From: the human T2T-CHM13v2.0 reference genome, Homo sapiens | Assembly (NCBI GenBank): GCA_009914755.4 | Contig: CP068257.2 | Location: 33,856,001-33,920,000, forward strand | DNA length: 64,000 nt | Direction of reading: 5' to 3' | Shown here: positions 13,076 through 29,948 of the stretch, piece by piece | Layout: each line of letters begins with the position of its first letter | How positions within the stretch are numbered: the first letter of the stretch is position 1 | The notes under the pieces: generated by a model | Seen by the model: only the letters and a program-made list of their open reading frames with translations | Told to the model about the DNA's origin: nothing | Databases searched by the model: none | Made by a program: the position numbers and the translations under genes

Positions 13076-15579
13076 TTAATGCTTATTGTGACAGTACAGA
13101 AATGCGGGGGTTTGTTGTTTAAGTGAGTATAAAACGTTGTCATTTTTCTCTGGGCAATTGGACAATGGGTATAATAGCTTTAAAAATTTGATCCTGCAAT
13201 TCCATTTCTGGGAATGCATCTTAAGGAAATAGAGGCAGTTCATTGCAAAGACTATAATGAGATAGAAATGTGTATAATGCCTAATGAAGGAAAGCAGCAC
13301 AAATTTCCAACAGGAGGACATTGGTAAACTTTGAAACATCTGTAAGAAGAGACATGAGGCAGTTACTATACTTGCTTTGGGAAAAAATGTTTACAATATA
13401 TTGTAAAGTGCAAAGTACCGGGGGTAAAATAGTTTGTAGAATAAAATTTTATTCTGGTGAAAGAAGGTGCATGTGTCAGTAGTATTTGTGTATGTGTGAA
13501 CATATGGGAATATAGGACACAAACAAAAATGTTTGACAGAGGCACTATATGGCATGAAATGATTTTTATTTCTTCCCTGTGCTTTTTTTCATTTTTAAAC
13601 TTTTCTGTTTTATACTCTGAACATGTATATTTTTGGTAGCCAGAAACAAATGTTCCTATTTGTATGTCTATTTTTTTCCTTTTTCTCTTCAAGCATGCCT
13701 ACAAATAAATAATAAAACATTCTTTTTAACAACTCATCTCCCTGAGCCCTGCAAAACAGAGCACCTCCTCCTCCTCAGCTGTTAAGTGTTCCTCATCTGG
13801 ACTGAGGGTAAAACAAACTTAGAATGAATAAACCAAGGTTCATTCATGCATTCATGACAAGGAATGTCAAGGCAAAAATCATGTAAAGAAACTCATCAGA
13901 GCCCTCTGTAAACCTTAACATGTAGAAAGATAGGATGTTTTGTGTCCAGGCCAGGGTTGTGGAGGTGGTTGAAAGTGGCTCCCATTGGCGACTGGTTGTT
14001 CTGGGTGGTTCTGTCAAAAGCACAGCCCACTCCGTCATCACAGTGGCAGGAACACTGGGCTTTAGCCACACCAGAAGCATTCAACACAACAGGTATGTCC
14101 AGAAATGGAGAATTCTTGGAGCTTTTGCTAATTTCAGGAAGGCAGGGTAAAAGAGAGTGGGTAGGGAGGGCAGAAGGTTGTCCCTTTTATAAAACATTTA
14201 TTGATATTGGTTATCAAATCAAATTGATTATTGGAACCTGAGTTAAAGAATAAAAAGATCTGAAAGTAGTTAAAAGAATTACACAAGGTATAGGTACAAA
14301 TTATACTACTTTTAAAATTTGAGCTATTATAAGTCCTAAAATGATAAGTAATTTATACTGAAGCAGAGTTAAACCATCTCTACTGTGAAAATAAGTTAAC
14401 TAGCAAATGGCCTGGAAGATGATAACATTTTGTGCTCTCTTCCTGCCAATGAACAATAGACATAAATGCTTCTCTTCTTTCAAGATCTCTTCTGAAAAGA
14501 AAGCCTAATTCAAAGCAACAAGTTGAATAAAGCTTCTATGAAAATGCAAGCAAAACTCTTAGACTAAATGCAATTCAGGGACCGCCACAGTAATGGATAG
14601 TCAGTGCATCCCGCATCCTGTCTCCAGTGATAGTTAATGCATGCAGACTATGAGGGGGAAAAACCTAAACCATATCACTTACAATAATGTAATTCTGATG
14701 TGAGAACTCATAGGCTTCCTTGACCTCAATGATGAGCATTTGTCATTTGTCAAGCATTAGATTTAATTACCCTTATTTATGTGCTTATCCAGGCTTCCTG
14801 GACATGATGGTCCCTTCTCAACACATAGCAAAAGCAGAATGACCAGTCATTGGGAAATACAACTGAAAACCCAATTTGGAGATGTATGTCTCTAGTTTGA
14901 CAACATCATCTACAGCTGATGACCTGCTGTTCCGAGGGCAGGGTAGCTCTCCCTTTCAAAATGTACCCCACTGTTTGGCTGCCTCTATGGAGGTCAGGAA
15001 AAGAAAGTCGCTGGAACACACAGTGGACAGGTGGGTTTCTATGGTTCCTAAATCTGTTATCAGAGAGCTGGGGGGAATGGAGACTCCACTGCCCAAGTGC
15101 CTCGAGGGCAAAAAGAAGCCTGGCAGGAATAAGGGACCGAGGCAGCAGGCAGGGAGCACCAACATCATATTCTATGCAAGTGTTTTCTTGTTCCTCTTGA
15201 GCATTCGAAAATGAGAAAGGGGCATGTGGGTCGAACCCCTGAAAGATCGACTTTTAAGTGCTTTTTCCCCTGGAGAACGTGCGATGGAGAGGAAGAGAAA
15301 AGTGAGCTTGTGTTGGAGGCAGGAGCTATTTGAAAAATGATTGCTTGTCTCTGGGTATCTGATGATGTTAGGGAAACAAGAAGAAAGGCTCAAGGGCAAA
15401 TGGAACACTCAACCCCAAGCGAGGCCTCCATGTGGGGCCTTCTCATCTGTCGGAGGGAGGCTTTGGGGATGCTTAATTAAAGAATCAAAGTAGGATTCTC
15501 AAATTGCTTTTCTGTATCCACTTTGTCCTGCTGGATTTTTTTTCTTATTCAACTATAAAATACACACATTTTTTGCTCT

Positions 15580-15790
15580 TTATTTATTTGTTCGTTCATT
15601 TGTTTTTTGAGACAGAGTCTTGCTTTATCGCCCAGACTGAAGGGCAGTGGCACAATCTTGGGCTCACTGCAACCTCCGCCTCCCGGGTTCAAGCAATTCT
15701 CCTGCCTCAGCCTCCCAAGTAGCTGGGATTATAGGTGCCCACCACCACGCCTGGCTAACATTTTAATTACACTAAAATTAGTAGATAACA
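15580..15790 (-). mobile_element. Partial Alu (right-arm half, 5'-truncated), minus strand
   Basis: tttttgagacagagtcttgctttatcgcccagactgaagggcagtggcacaatcttgggctcactgcaacctccgcctcccgggttcaagcaattctcctgcctcagcctcccaagtagctgggattataggtgcccaccaccacgcctggctaa, preceded by a T-rich tail (ttatttatttgttcgttcatttg). Confidence 0.85.
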
Positions 15791-16789
15791 TTTCTACTGC
15801 TAAGTTTCCATTATTTTCTAGTCTAATTATTTTACCTCCAAACAAAACTAAAATAACTTCTTAAATTTCAAGTGACCTTAAAAACTGTGCTCATGGTTGA
15901 TCTGGAGATTGACCTTTAATTTGGGAAAATAACCTTATTTATGTCAAGAACCTTTATTTTAAATGAACTTTACAACTCCCCACACAAGTGGACACACAGT
16001 GTAGCAACTGAATGCATGTTTGTTGAATGAGTCAGTGAACAAATGATCATGAAGGATGATGATTATTAAAGAAAAAGGTGGAAACCCAAACCATTGTCTA
16101 GACATGAAAATGATGGACAGTTTATGCAAATCATTCCTAATGCAAAATTTCCTAAGGAATTTTCATGTGGTTCTTTCAGCTTTTCCTGTAGATTAAAATC
16201 AGCTCAGTCCTGACATTTTAAATCCTTTCTATAGGAAAGGAGAACAGGAAAAGAAGAAAACCAAACATAACACATGCACAGAAGCAAAACTGCACTGTTG
16301 ATGGAGTTTAGCTGAGAGGGTAGGGTGTGTTTAGTCCTTTAATAAATTGTTATCTTGTATTGTTGATTAAGGCAGGACATGAATGCCTTGTATTTGCTGC
16401 ATTTTTGATATCCTTGATTTCCTAAGAGGACACCGCACCCTGGGAAAAAAGAGAGGCTGGCTGGAGCAGCAGGCAGCACACGCCATTAGAGGCAGCTCTC
16501 GGTAGCAGTGGCCTTTCCGGCAGCTGGCGTCATTATAGGAAGAAATGGTTTCTAATTGTGCTATTGATTTTTCTCCCTCTTTAATGGATTATTCTCCCAA
16601 CACACTCTAAGTTGAGACACTACCACATACCACAGGCATGTTGCCAGGGATGTATGTAAAACTATGCATTGCACGCACATGGAGCTTTTCCCTGTGTCTT
16701 ACTCAGCAGGTGGAAAACCCCAGGAAAAGGGATCTCGACAGCCGTGGGTGAGCATGTGCTTACTCCAAGTGCAGCCTGGGTGAGTGCTT

Positions 16790-16960
16790 CACGTATCATT
16801 TCACTTAGTCCCAAGAATACCCTAATGACGTAGGGTCTGCTCATTTTGTAGATGAACAACTGAAGCTCAGAAAGGTAAAGAAACATGACCAGGGGCACAC
16901 AGCTCGTAAGACACGGGCCAAGGATTCCATTCCACGGGAGTCCAAGTCCCTTTATCTTGG
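16790..16960 (-). mobile_element. MIR SINE 5' region, minus orientation
   Basis: ctcattttgtagatgaacaactgaagctcagaaaggtaaagaaacatgaccaggggcacacagctcgtaagacacgggccaaggattccattccacgggagtccaag resembles the reverse complement of MIR 5' (cccattttacagatgaggaaactgaggctcagagaggttaagtgacttgcccaaggtcacacagctagtaagtggcagagccaggattcgaacccag). Confidence 0.6.
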
Positions 16961-17124
16961 AAGTGGGTACCAGAGGACAGGGTCCCCACAAACATGGGAC
17001 CTGACAAGGCCCTGCCCTCAGAAGAGCCTGTGCTTTGTTCGATTCTCTGCAGTCACTGTCTTGAAATGCTCAATAATTTTTGGATTAGGAGTCCCACATT
17101 TTCATTTTGTATGTGGCACCTGTT

Positions 17125-17465
17125 ATGGCCCCAGGATTCACATGTTGAAGCCCTAACCCCCATGTGATGGGATTTGGAAATAGAGTATTTTGGAGAAAAT
17201 TAGGGTTACATAAGTCATGGAGATGGGACCCCCATGATAGGATTAGTGGCATTATAAGAAGAAGAAGATAGATTTCTCAATCCTCTGCTCATATCATGTA
17301 AGAACACAGTGGCCGTCTGCAAGCTAGAAAGAGAACCCTTAACAGAATCTGACCATGCCAGCACTCTGACCTTGGACTTCCAGCCTCCAGAACTGTAAGA
17401 AATAAATTTCTGCTGTTTAAGCCATCCAGTCTATGATATTTTTGTTATGGCAACTTGACCTAAGA
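17125..17465 (+). mobile_element. MaLR (ERVL-MaLR) LTR, MLT1 family
   Basis: ccaggattcacatgttgaagccctaacccccatgtgatgggatttggaaatagagtattttggag ... gataggattagtggcattataagaagaagaag ... cttggacttccagcctccagaactgtaagaaataaatttctgctgtttaagccatccagtctatgatatttttgttatggcaac matches the MLT1 consensus pattern. Confidence 0.85.
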
Positions 17466-20400
17466 CTCATATCTAGATCAAGTTCACACACACCACAGGA
17501 ATCCAGCATGGTCTCACCACAATGGTGGGTAACCTTGACCCCACCCACCATCCACACTTCACCTTGACTAACACATGATAGAGGCATTTCACTGGCATGC
17601 ACTGTATATGGAGTGCAAGCTTTGAGCAAAGCAAAATCAAATCCAAGCAGAATAGATTCCTACTTTTCTGTTACACCAGCAAGAAGAAAATGCATGTAAC
17701 GAATTGTTCCTACATTACACTTGAAAAAAAAAAAGTATACAAGTGATATACCATATTAAGAAACAAATTATTTGTGGACACTACAGAGTATTTGTACCTG
17801 AATCATGTTCAATTGAAGTGAATTCCAATCCTTTGAAAATTGGGAAGCCTTATGGGAGCTATTCTACGGCTTTGTTGAGTGCAAGTAGTTTATTTGGAAG
17901 GTGCAGAAATGGGAGAATGAAACAGGGAAGGAGGAAAAGCCAGTGAATGGATGTTACTGAGCTGGACAGCAATGGAAATCCACTAAGAAATCTTTTAGAA
18001 AGTGCCTCGCATGTCCTCTGAAGGATGGGAAACAGGCATCTACCTCTGGCTCCCATTCTCCAGTGATTAAAAAGTACCTTGGAAAGTGTATCTCCTCCAC
18101 ATTTACGGGCTGCTCTGTGATGGATCTTGGCACTCCTGCCTTCATAGAAAGCCCTGAAAGAAGGAAGTCCAGGGATATTGAGGGTTGCCCTTGAGGTGGG
18201 ATTCTATCAGCCTGCCTGGGAGCTGTCCATTCCCCTCACAGCTGAAATCAAAGGGGATCAGCACTTGTGCTGCATGGCACCAAAGCATTTGCTACACCTC
18301 TGATCTGTTGACCCAACAGATTCATCTCTCAATGCAATTATTGTTAAATGTGACTACCCTTCAGTGGTTCTTTGCTGTCTCCTGCATAAAGAACAAATTC
18401 TTCAGCCCAGTTATCAAAGGCTTCAACATTCCAGATAAATTTTCATCCAAATTAGCCTAGTTCTCGTATTCACACACAAACTCTGCTCTAAGAAGCACAG
18501 TCTCATGTCCCCCTAGACACTTTCCTCACATCTTCATTCAATTCCTCTCACCTGAAAGAAACTCCTACATCTTACCTATCCTTCCAGAACTAGCTCAAAT
18601 CTTCCCAACACTGTCCCTATATACCTCTCCACTCCCTGGGAACTTAACCACACTGTGTGATGTGTATTGTCTGTTATCCCAATAAAATGTATATACCTTC
18701 TCAAGAAAATGAATTTTCTTACTCCTCCTTTATCTCCTACAATATCTATGTCATTGCATAGTTACACATTACATCACATTAAATACTGTTAAAATGTGTA
18801 TTCAGGAAACCAGAAAGATGTATGGCCCAGTAGTTGTGTTTTTCTGGTTAACTCTAATTAATTTCTCTCTATTTCAGAGAGTGAGGGTATTGGGTGCCCA
18901 AAGTGGGTTATTATAAGAATAAAAAATGATCTCATAGGTAGAGAGAGGAACCAAAAGCACAGCTGGTCCACACAACCGGGAAACTCTCAGGAAAAAAAAA
19001 GCCTCCTCATTACTCAATAGCCCTGTGGTCTTCCTTCTTCCTCTATTTCTCACTGTCTCTTGGGATTTTTCCTGTCTGCCTCTTCTGTCTCTTCAATGAA
19101 GTCAATGTAGACACCAGTCCTGCGTCTATTAGGTGCAATAGCCATCACCAATTGGAGAGACTCTCTGTCTCTGTTTAAATTTGTAAGAGAGATACTGATT
19201 GGTCACTGGCCAACAAGCTGATGGGTTGGCATTGGGTCAGGTGTCCACTTCTGCTCCAGTCGTTTATGGCAAACCTGGTGAGGTAAAGGAGCCAAGCATG
19301 GCCACCTGGGCCAACCTCCTCAGCAGGGATTATGAGAACAAGTCCTTAGAAAACAGGTCCAGGAGTCTAGCACATGCGCTAAAGCATGCCATCAGGTGTG
19401 AATCATTAAGACCTTGAATGTGAATAATGTGTGTGAACTGGGCAGAGCTCATGAAACACGTAATAAGAGACACAATTAGGATTTGCTAAATACTGGTCCT
19501 AGGAGAGCACAGTGTGTATGCAGGAGCGTTTCTATACCAGCTGTGCTCTTTCATGCCTGTCCTTCCATAACTGTGGGATGCCCTTTACACATCACCCGTC
19601 ATCAAAGACCAATTCACTCACCAAAGGCTGGAACCAACGAAGAGCTGCTCTGCTTCCCTCACAGAAATAGTAGCTCCTACAGCAACATGTCTTCATTCAT
19701 TTTTTATTCATTCATTTATTCATTTATTTTATTATTTCTTGAGTCCCTTATTCGTGCCAAGTCTTCTTCTAAGTTCTGAGGATACAGTTGTGAACAAAAC
19801 AAAGCCCCTGCCCACATACACTTTCCACTCTGTCTGAAGGAGACCATCAAGAAACACTTATCACATAGACACTTGGTCAGCTATGGAGAAAGTACTAAGA
19901 CAAGTAACACAGGGTAAGAAAACACTGATAGAAAATGGTATTTAGGGTGGCCAGGAAAGGCCTTTCTTAAGAAGTGATATTTGAATAGAGACTTGTGCAA
20001 AGGTGTAAAGCAGATGAAGACCTGAGAAATATGTTCTAGGCAGAGGAAACAATAAGGGCAAACCTCCTGAGGTGCCATGTTTTGCATCTTAAATGTACAG
20101 CAAGAAAGTCAGTGGTGAAGAGAAGGAATGGCTGGAAATGAAATCAGAGAAGTGGCTATGGCCCAGTTTATACACACATTTCCCCAATGCCATCTTCTAT
20201 TGCAGTATGGCTAATACTATAAGTAGGGCTGGTTTTATAGACAGGCAATCTTGGAGTTACACAGGGACCTTTGTTCACAATGGTCCCTGAGTTGACTCAA
20301 TGATGTTATGTCATCATCTTGAAATTCTAAGTTTTTGAGCAAGGGGCTCCACAAATAGGTAGCCAGCCCTGCTGATTATAATTATTTGTATAAATGTTGA

Positions 20401-20653
20401 ATTCTCTCTTTTTTGTTTTAGATTTTGAGTTCCTGAAAGCAGAGGATGTCTGATTTATTATAAATTTTTATTTGTAAACATTAATTTTAATCACCCTGAT
20501 AACTGAGTGCCATTCATAGCTCAAAAGCAGTGCACCAAAAGAAACATCAAATGACAATTTTTTTTTCAAATATTCAGAGCAAATACTACTTTCAAGAGGG
20601 AAGTCACCTTGTATTCCACTAAATGCAAGAGTGTTTGAAGCATGAACATGGAG

Positions 20654-20666
20654 TCTCCATTAATAT
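20654..20666. repeat. Target-site duplication (left copy) of the full-length L1: tctccattaatat
   Basis: tctccattaatat immediately precedes the TA/T-rich tail of the L1. Its partner cctccattaatat sits at 26696..26708, directly after the L1 5' end. Confidence 0.8.
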
Positions 20667-20886
20667 ATATATATTTTTTTAATTATACTTTAAGTTTTAG
20701 GGTACATGTGCACATTGTGCAGGTTAGTTACATATGTATACATGTGCCATGCTGGTGCACTGCACCCACTAACTCGTCATCTAGCATTAGGTATATCTCC
20801 CAATGCTATCCCTCCCCCCTCCCCCCTCCCCACCACAGTCCCCAGAGTGTGATATTCCCCTTCCTGTGTCCATGTGATCTCATTGT

Positions 20887-24739
<3,853 letters not shown>

Positions 24740-24775
24740 TTAGTTGATGCAGTTTCTTCCTAGTCTCGACGGTCT

Positions 24776-25792
24776 TTACATTTTGGCATGATTTTGCAGC
24801 GGCTGGTACCGGTTGTTCCTTTCCATGTTTAGCGCTTCCTTCAGGAGCTCTTTTAGGGCAGGCCTGGTGGTGACAAAATCGGTCAGCATTTGCTTGTCTG
24901 TAAAGTATTTTATTTCTCCTTCACTTATGAAGCTTAGTTTGGCTGGATATGAAATTCTGGGTTGAAAATTCTTTTCTTTAAGAATGTTGAATATTGGCCC
25001 CCACTCTCTTCTGGCTTGTAGGGTTTCTGCCAAGAGATCCGCTGTCAGTCTGATGGGCTTCCCTTTGAGGGTAACCCGACCTTTCTCTCTGGCTGCCCTT
25101 AACATTTTTTCCTTCATTTCAACTTTGGTGAATCTGACAATTATGTGTCTTGGAGTTGCTCCTCTCGAGGAGTATCTTTGTGGCGTTCTCTGTATTTCCT
25201 GAATCTGAACGTTGGCCTGCCTTGCTAGATTGGGGAAGTTCTCCTGGATAATATCCTGCAGAGTGTTTTCCAACTTGGTTCCATTCTCCGCATCACTTTC
25301 AGGTACACCAATCAGATGTAGATTTGGTCTTTTCACATAGTCCCATATTTCTTGGAGGCTTTGCTCATTTCTTTTTATTCTTTTTTCTCTAAACTTCCCT
25401 TCTTGCTTCATTTCATTCATTTCATCTTCCATTGCTGATACCCTTTCTTCCAGTTGATCGCATCGGCTCCTGAGGCTTCTGCATTCTTCACGTAGTTCTC
25501 GAGCCTTGGTTTTCAGCTCCATCAGCTCCTTTAAGCACTTCTCTGTATTGGTTATTCTAGTTATACATTCTTCTAAATTTTTTTCAAAGTTTTCGACTTC
25601 TTTGCCTTTGGTTTGAATGTCCTCCCGTAGCTCAGAGTAATTTGATCGTCTGAAGCCTTCTTCTCTCAGCTCGTCAAAATCATTCTCCATCCAGCTTTGT
25701 TCCGTTGCTGGTGAGGAACTGCGTTCCTTTGGAGGAGGAGAGGCGCTCTGCGTCTTAGAGTTTCCAGTTTTTCTGTTCTGTTTTTTCCCCAT
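24776..25792 (-). CDS. L1 ORF1p (338 aa, apparently intact; coiled-coil / RRM / CTD RNA-binding chaperone)
   Basis: The track ORF begins MGKKQNRKTGNSKTQSASPPPKERSSSPATEQSWMENDFDELREEGFRRSNYSELREDIQTKGKEVENFEKNLEE and ends NNRYQPLQNHAKM. It is full-length and differs from L1HS ORF1p by only a few residues. It ends 63 bp upstream of the ORF2 start, the canonical inter-ORF spacer. Confidence 0.93.
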   Translation of the reverse strand: MGKKQNRKTGNSKTQSASPPPKERSSSPATEQSWMENDFDELREEGFRRSNYSELREDIQTKGKEVENFEKNLEECITRITNTEKCLKELMELKTKARELREECRSLRSRCDQLEERVSAMEDEMNEMKQEGKFREKRIKRNEQSLQEIWDYVKRPNLHLIGVPESDAENGTKLENTLQDIIQENFPNLARQANVQIQEIQRTPQRYSSRGATPRHIIVRFTKVEMKEKMLRAAREKGRVTLKGKPIRLTADLLAETLQARREWGPIFNILKEKNFQPRISYPAKLSFISEGEIKYFTDKQMLTDFVTTRPALKELLKEALNMERNNRYQPLQNHAKM

Positions 25793-26695
25793 CTTTGTGG
25801 TTTTATCTACTTTTGGTCTTTGATGATGGTGATGTACAGATGGGTTTTCGGTGTGGATGTCCTTTCTGCTTGTTAGTTTTCCTTCTAACAGACAGGACCC
25901 TCAGCTGCAGGTCTGTTGGAATACCCTGCCGTGTGAGGTGTCAGTGTGCCCCTGCTGGGGGGTGCCTCCCAGTTAGGCTGCTCGGGGGTCAGGGGTCAGG
26001 GACCCACTTGAGGAGGCAGTCTGCCCGTTCTCAGATCTCCAGCTGCGTGCTGGGAGAACCACTGCTCTCTTCAAAGCTGTCAGACAGGGACATTTAAGTC
26101 TGCAGAGGTTACTGCTGTCTTTTTGTTTGTCTGTGCCCTGCCCCCAGAGGTGGAGCCTACAGAGGCAGGCAGGCCTCGAGCTGTGGTGGGCTCCACCCAG
26201 TTCGAGCTTCCCGGCTGCTTTGTTTACCTAATCAAGCCTGGGCAATGGCGGGCTCCCCTCCCCCAGCCTCGCTGCCGCCTTGCAGTTTGATCTCAGACTG
26301 CTGTGCTAGCAATCAGCGAGACTCCGTGGGCGTAGGACCCTCCGAGCCAGGTGTGGGATATAGTCTCGTGGTGCGCCGTTTTTTAAGCCGGTCTGAAAAG
26401 CGCAATATTCGGGTGGGAGTGACCCGATTTTCCAGGTGCGTCCGTCACCCCTTTCTTTGACTCGGAAAGGGAACTCCCTGACCCCTGGCGCTTCCCAGGT
26501 GAGGCAATGCCTCGCCCTGCTTCGGCTCGCGCACGGTGCGCGCACCCACTGGCCTGCGCCCACTGTCTGGCACTCCCTAGTGAGATGAACCCGGTACCTC
26601 AGATGGCAATGCAGAAATCACCCGTCTTCTGTGTCGCTCACGCTGGGAGCTGTAGACCGGAGCTGTTCCTATTCGGCCATCTTGGCTCCTCCCCC
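25793..26695 (-). promoter_or_regulatory. L1 5'UTR: internal sense Pol II promoter, CpG-rich, with the known antisense promoter of L1 5'UTRs
   Basis: A ~900 bp GC- and CpG-rich block lies between the ORF1 start and the L1 5' terminus (e.g. gcgcgcaccgtgcgcgagccgaagcagggcgaggc on the reverse complement). Promoter function follows from established L1 biology, not from a motif-by-motif check. Confidence 0.75.
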
Positions 26696-26708
26696 CCTCC
26701 ATTAATAT
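26696..26708. repeat. Target-site duplication (right copy) of the full-length L1: cctccattaatat
   Basis: It matches 20654..20666 at 12 of 13 positions. The first bases may overlap the L1 terminal G-run. Confidence 0.8.
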
Positions 26709-28214
26709 TTTTATGAAAACTAAAAATTCAAAATGGAGGTCACCCTTTGGAATAATGAAGAAGATATAATGGGCCTCCTCACTGAATACAAATACAACAT
26801 ATTTAGAGTCACCTTTGTTGTTCCTTTATTTTCCTCAATCTTAACCACCACTGCTGCCTACTTTTATTGTTCCCACTGTAGAAAATGCTGAATATACTCC
26901 TTTATAATTAATTTCACAATAAATTTGAATGCACTTGACCTCTGCATGGCATTGACAAGAAAGATGCCCAATATAAAAACGGAGGGAAAACTATTCACAT
27001 CTGAGTTTTTCAGTCAACCCAGTCTCCTTATTTGTTCACCTTTTATTTCTACTCCCAGATTTCCAGTGTGCCTAGAAATGGTCTCCAAACTACTGCAGAG
27101 CTACCTCCCCACAAATACACTGAATCCATCAGAATGTATATTAATACCAATGAATAGTGCTCCATTGGAATTTCCTATTTTAAAAAACATATAAAAGAAC
27201 TCTCTTCTCTCTGTCTTCTCCACCACATTCCGTTTTTTGACTTGTTCACATTGAGCTAAACATATGGGTAACTGGGCCTCAGTAGGATCATTCCTTCTTA
27301 ATGTCAAATGGAAGCAGAAATGAATAAATTTAATATGGAACCAGGACCACCATTTTGTGTGACTGTAGTGATTTCCAACGAAATATTTCAATGCTCTTCA
27401 TTGCTGCTGAGATTTTCATAGCTTGGAGCTTTCTAGTCCCAATTTATCTCATGCATTTCTATTCCCTAGATTTTTTTTAAAGTAATATGAAGTATTTAAC
27501 CCTTTCCTGACCCACATCCCTTTCACCTCCCCATCTAAAATGAAAAAAAAAACCCCAGGAAACAGCCAGCTACAACAAACTCTGTTCTTTTTTATTATCG
27601 AAAACTATCTTACAATTTAGGCTTCCTGCTCTAATTCTATATGCACATTTCCAGCTTTCTGATTAATCTGCATTTGTGGATCAGCTGCCAGTGCCTGATA
27701 GCCCAAGTGCTGAAAAACTAACTGATTTTCCTTTTTCACTCCTACCTCTGTTTCAGTTGTATAACCAGTGCTCTCTTGCTCTCTCTCCCTCTCTCCCCTC
27801 TCCTCTCTCTCCCTCCCTTTCTACCCCATCTCTCTCTGGTCTTCTTTACCCCCACCTCCCATCCAACATTCTATCAATGGCTAAATGGTTAGTTCCAAAT
27901 ACATGATATCTCCCTAATGGATCTACCATTTTTATTCCCACTGGCAGGCCATGCCCCTGTCTGCTAGGCTAGTGCAGTAACCTCCCAATGGCTAGCTAGC
28001 CTGGAGTCCTCCTCAATCTCCTCAACTTCCATTCTGCTGCAAGTGTTAGGATTCTAAGAATGGTATAATCTCAAGCTTTTCCATAGATCCCCTGCTCCCC
28101 ATACCTACTGTATACAAAGCAACATCCAAATTCATTAACCTGGCACCAGAATCTCTCTAAATTCCTTTTTACTTAATCTGCCATCCTTGCCTTACATATT
28201 GTAGTGGATTGATT

Positions 28215-28594
28215 TGGGTCCCCAGAAACGATATGTTCAAGTCCTACCCCACCAGGTACCATGTGACCTTATTTGGAAATAGGGTCTTTGCAGATGAAAT
28301 AAAGTTAAAATGAGGTCATACCTGAGGTGGGGCCTAAATCCAATGACTGGTATCTTTATAAGAGAAAGGGAGGCTGATTTGGAGGCAGAGATATGAAGGA
28401 GACCCAGGGAAGAAGGTTGTGTGATGGCAGAGGGAGAGATTGGACTAACGCATCTACAAGCAAGGGAAGATGCCAGAAAGGACCGTCCCCCAGAGGCTTC
28501 TAGCCTGCAGAACGGTAAGAAAATAAATTTCTATTGTTTAAATCACCCAGTCTTTGGTATTTTATTATGTTTATGACAGCCCTAGCAAACTAAT
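28215..28594 (+). mobile_element. MaLR LTR, MLT1 family
   Basis: gtccccagaaacgatatgttcaagtcctaccccaccaggtaccatgtgaccttatttggaaatagggtctttgcagatgaaataaagttaaaatgaggtcatacctgaggtggggcctaaatccaatgactggtatctttataagagaaagg ... ctagcctgcagaacggtaagaaaataaatttctattgtttaaatcacccagtctttggtattttattatgtttatgacagccctagcaaactaataag. Confidence 0.88.
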
Positions 28595-29948
28595 AAGCCA
28601 TATTTTAAAAAGGAAAAAGAAACAATTGGAATTAATTTTAGCAACATATTATTGGCCCAATATAGCCAATATATTATCATTTTAACATGTAGTCTATACA
28701 ACAACTATTAGTCAGATATTTTACATTCTGTTTCTGGTACTGTACAGAGTCTCCGAAATCCTTAGGCACCTCCCAAATTCCCTTCCCTTCCCAAGACACT
28801 CAGCCTTGTCTCTCTGTTTCTCCCAAGTGTCCAACGTTTCAGGCACCCCAGTGAGTGAGATGGAGTCAGTGAGCAACAAAACTTAACATCGTGTCGACTT
28901 GTGTGGGATTACCTGTAATTTAATGTTTACTTTTTCTAGTAAAGGTTAAGCTCTACAAGGGCAAGAACCAAGTGTGATTATTTTACCAAAGGGGGCATTG
29001 ATATTTCTTGAATGCAAGAAATAATCATTAAATGAATGAATAAGCTTGATCTTTACAGCATCGGGCAAAACTGCATATTTGACAGATGGCCTGTATCACA
29101 TTGTAGCATAATAATGGCTTTTCCATAAATGAGTTTCTGAACTTTCCATTAGAACTTTAAAAACGAGGAAAGAGGATCTCAGGTTAAATTTTTTGGTATC
29201 TCTCTCAGTACCTCATGTCATCCAATATGCATAGTAGATGCTCAACAGACTATAAACAAAAAGTATTTGAAGATATGGATTGCAATATTTTTTGTCTATT
29301 TTCTCACCCATTTTGTTATTACAAATAGATGTGAGCAAAAATAAAAAAAAGAAGGGGAGAAAGAACGGGACTCCAAAATGAAATGGTGGCCACTTACTTC
29401 TTGATTTGAGTGGAATTTCTTCCAGACATTCAAATGGCACTTTAACTAAAATCAAAGCCTGTCAAATGTGACTGCAGATAATCCAGATTATTCCAGGTCT
29501 GTGCAGTGCTCACTACTTACATCTGACACCTTCAGACACTTTGTCCCCACTCCACCCAGCAAAAGGCCAGTAATTACAGACTACCTCCTACCTCCAAAAA
29601 GTTTGTCTTTTAAATTAATAGACTCTAATTTTTAAAAAACAGTTTTAGGTTTACAGAAAAATTGAGCAGAAACTGCAGACAGTTCCCAAAGACTCCCCCC
29701 TTGCCCCAAGTTTCTTTTTATTAACATCTTTTATCAGTGTGGTACATTTGATACTGATATTGATACACTACTATTAACTAAATTCCAGAGTTTACATTGG
29801 GAAGCCTCTTTGTGTCCTGTATTCTATGGGTTTTGACATATGCATGATGTCATGCATCCCCCGTGATGGAATAGTGTCACTGCCCTAAAATTCCCCTGTG
29901 CTGCATTTACTCACGCCTCCGTGTCTCCCTCCAAATCCCTGGCAACCA

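Noticed and set aside
25793-26695. A CpG island of a cellular gene promoter
   Set aside because: The CpG-rich block is the L1 5'UTR itself. It ends exactly at the canonical L1 5' terminus and TSD.
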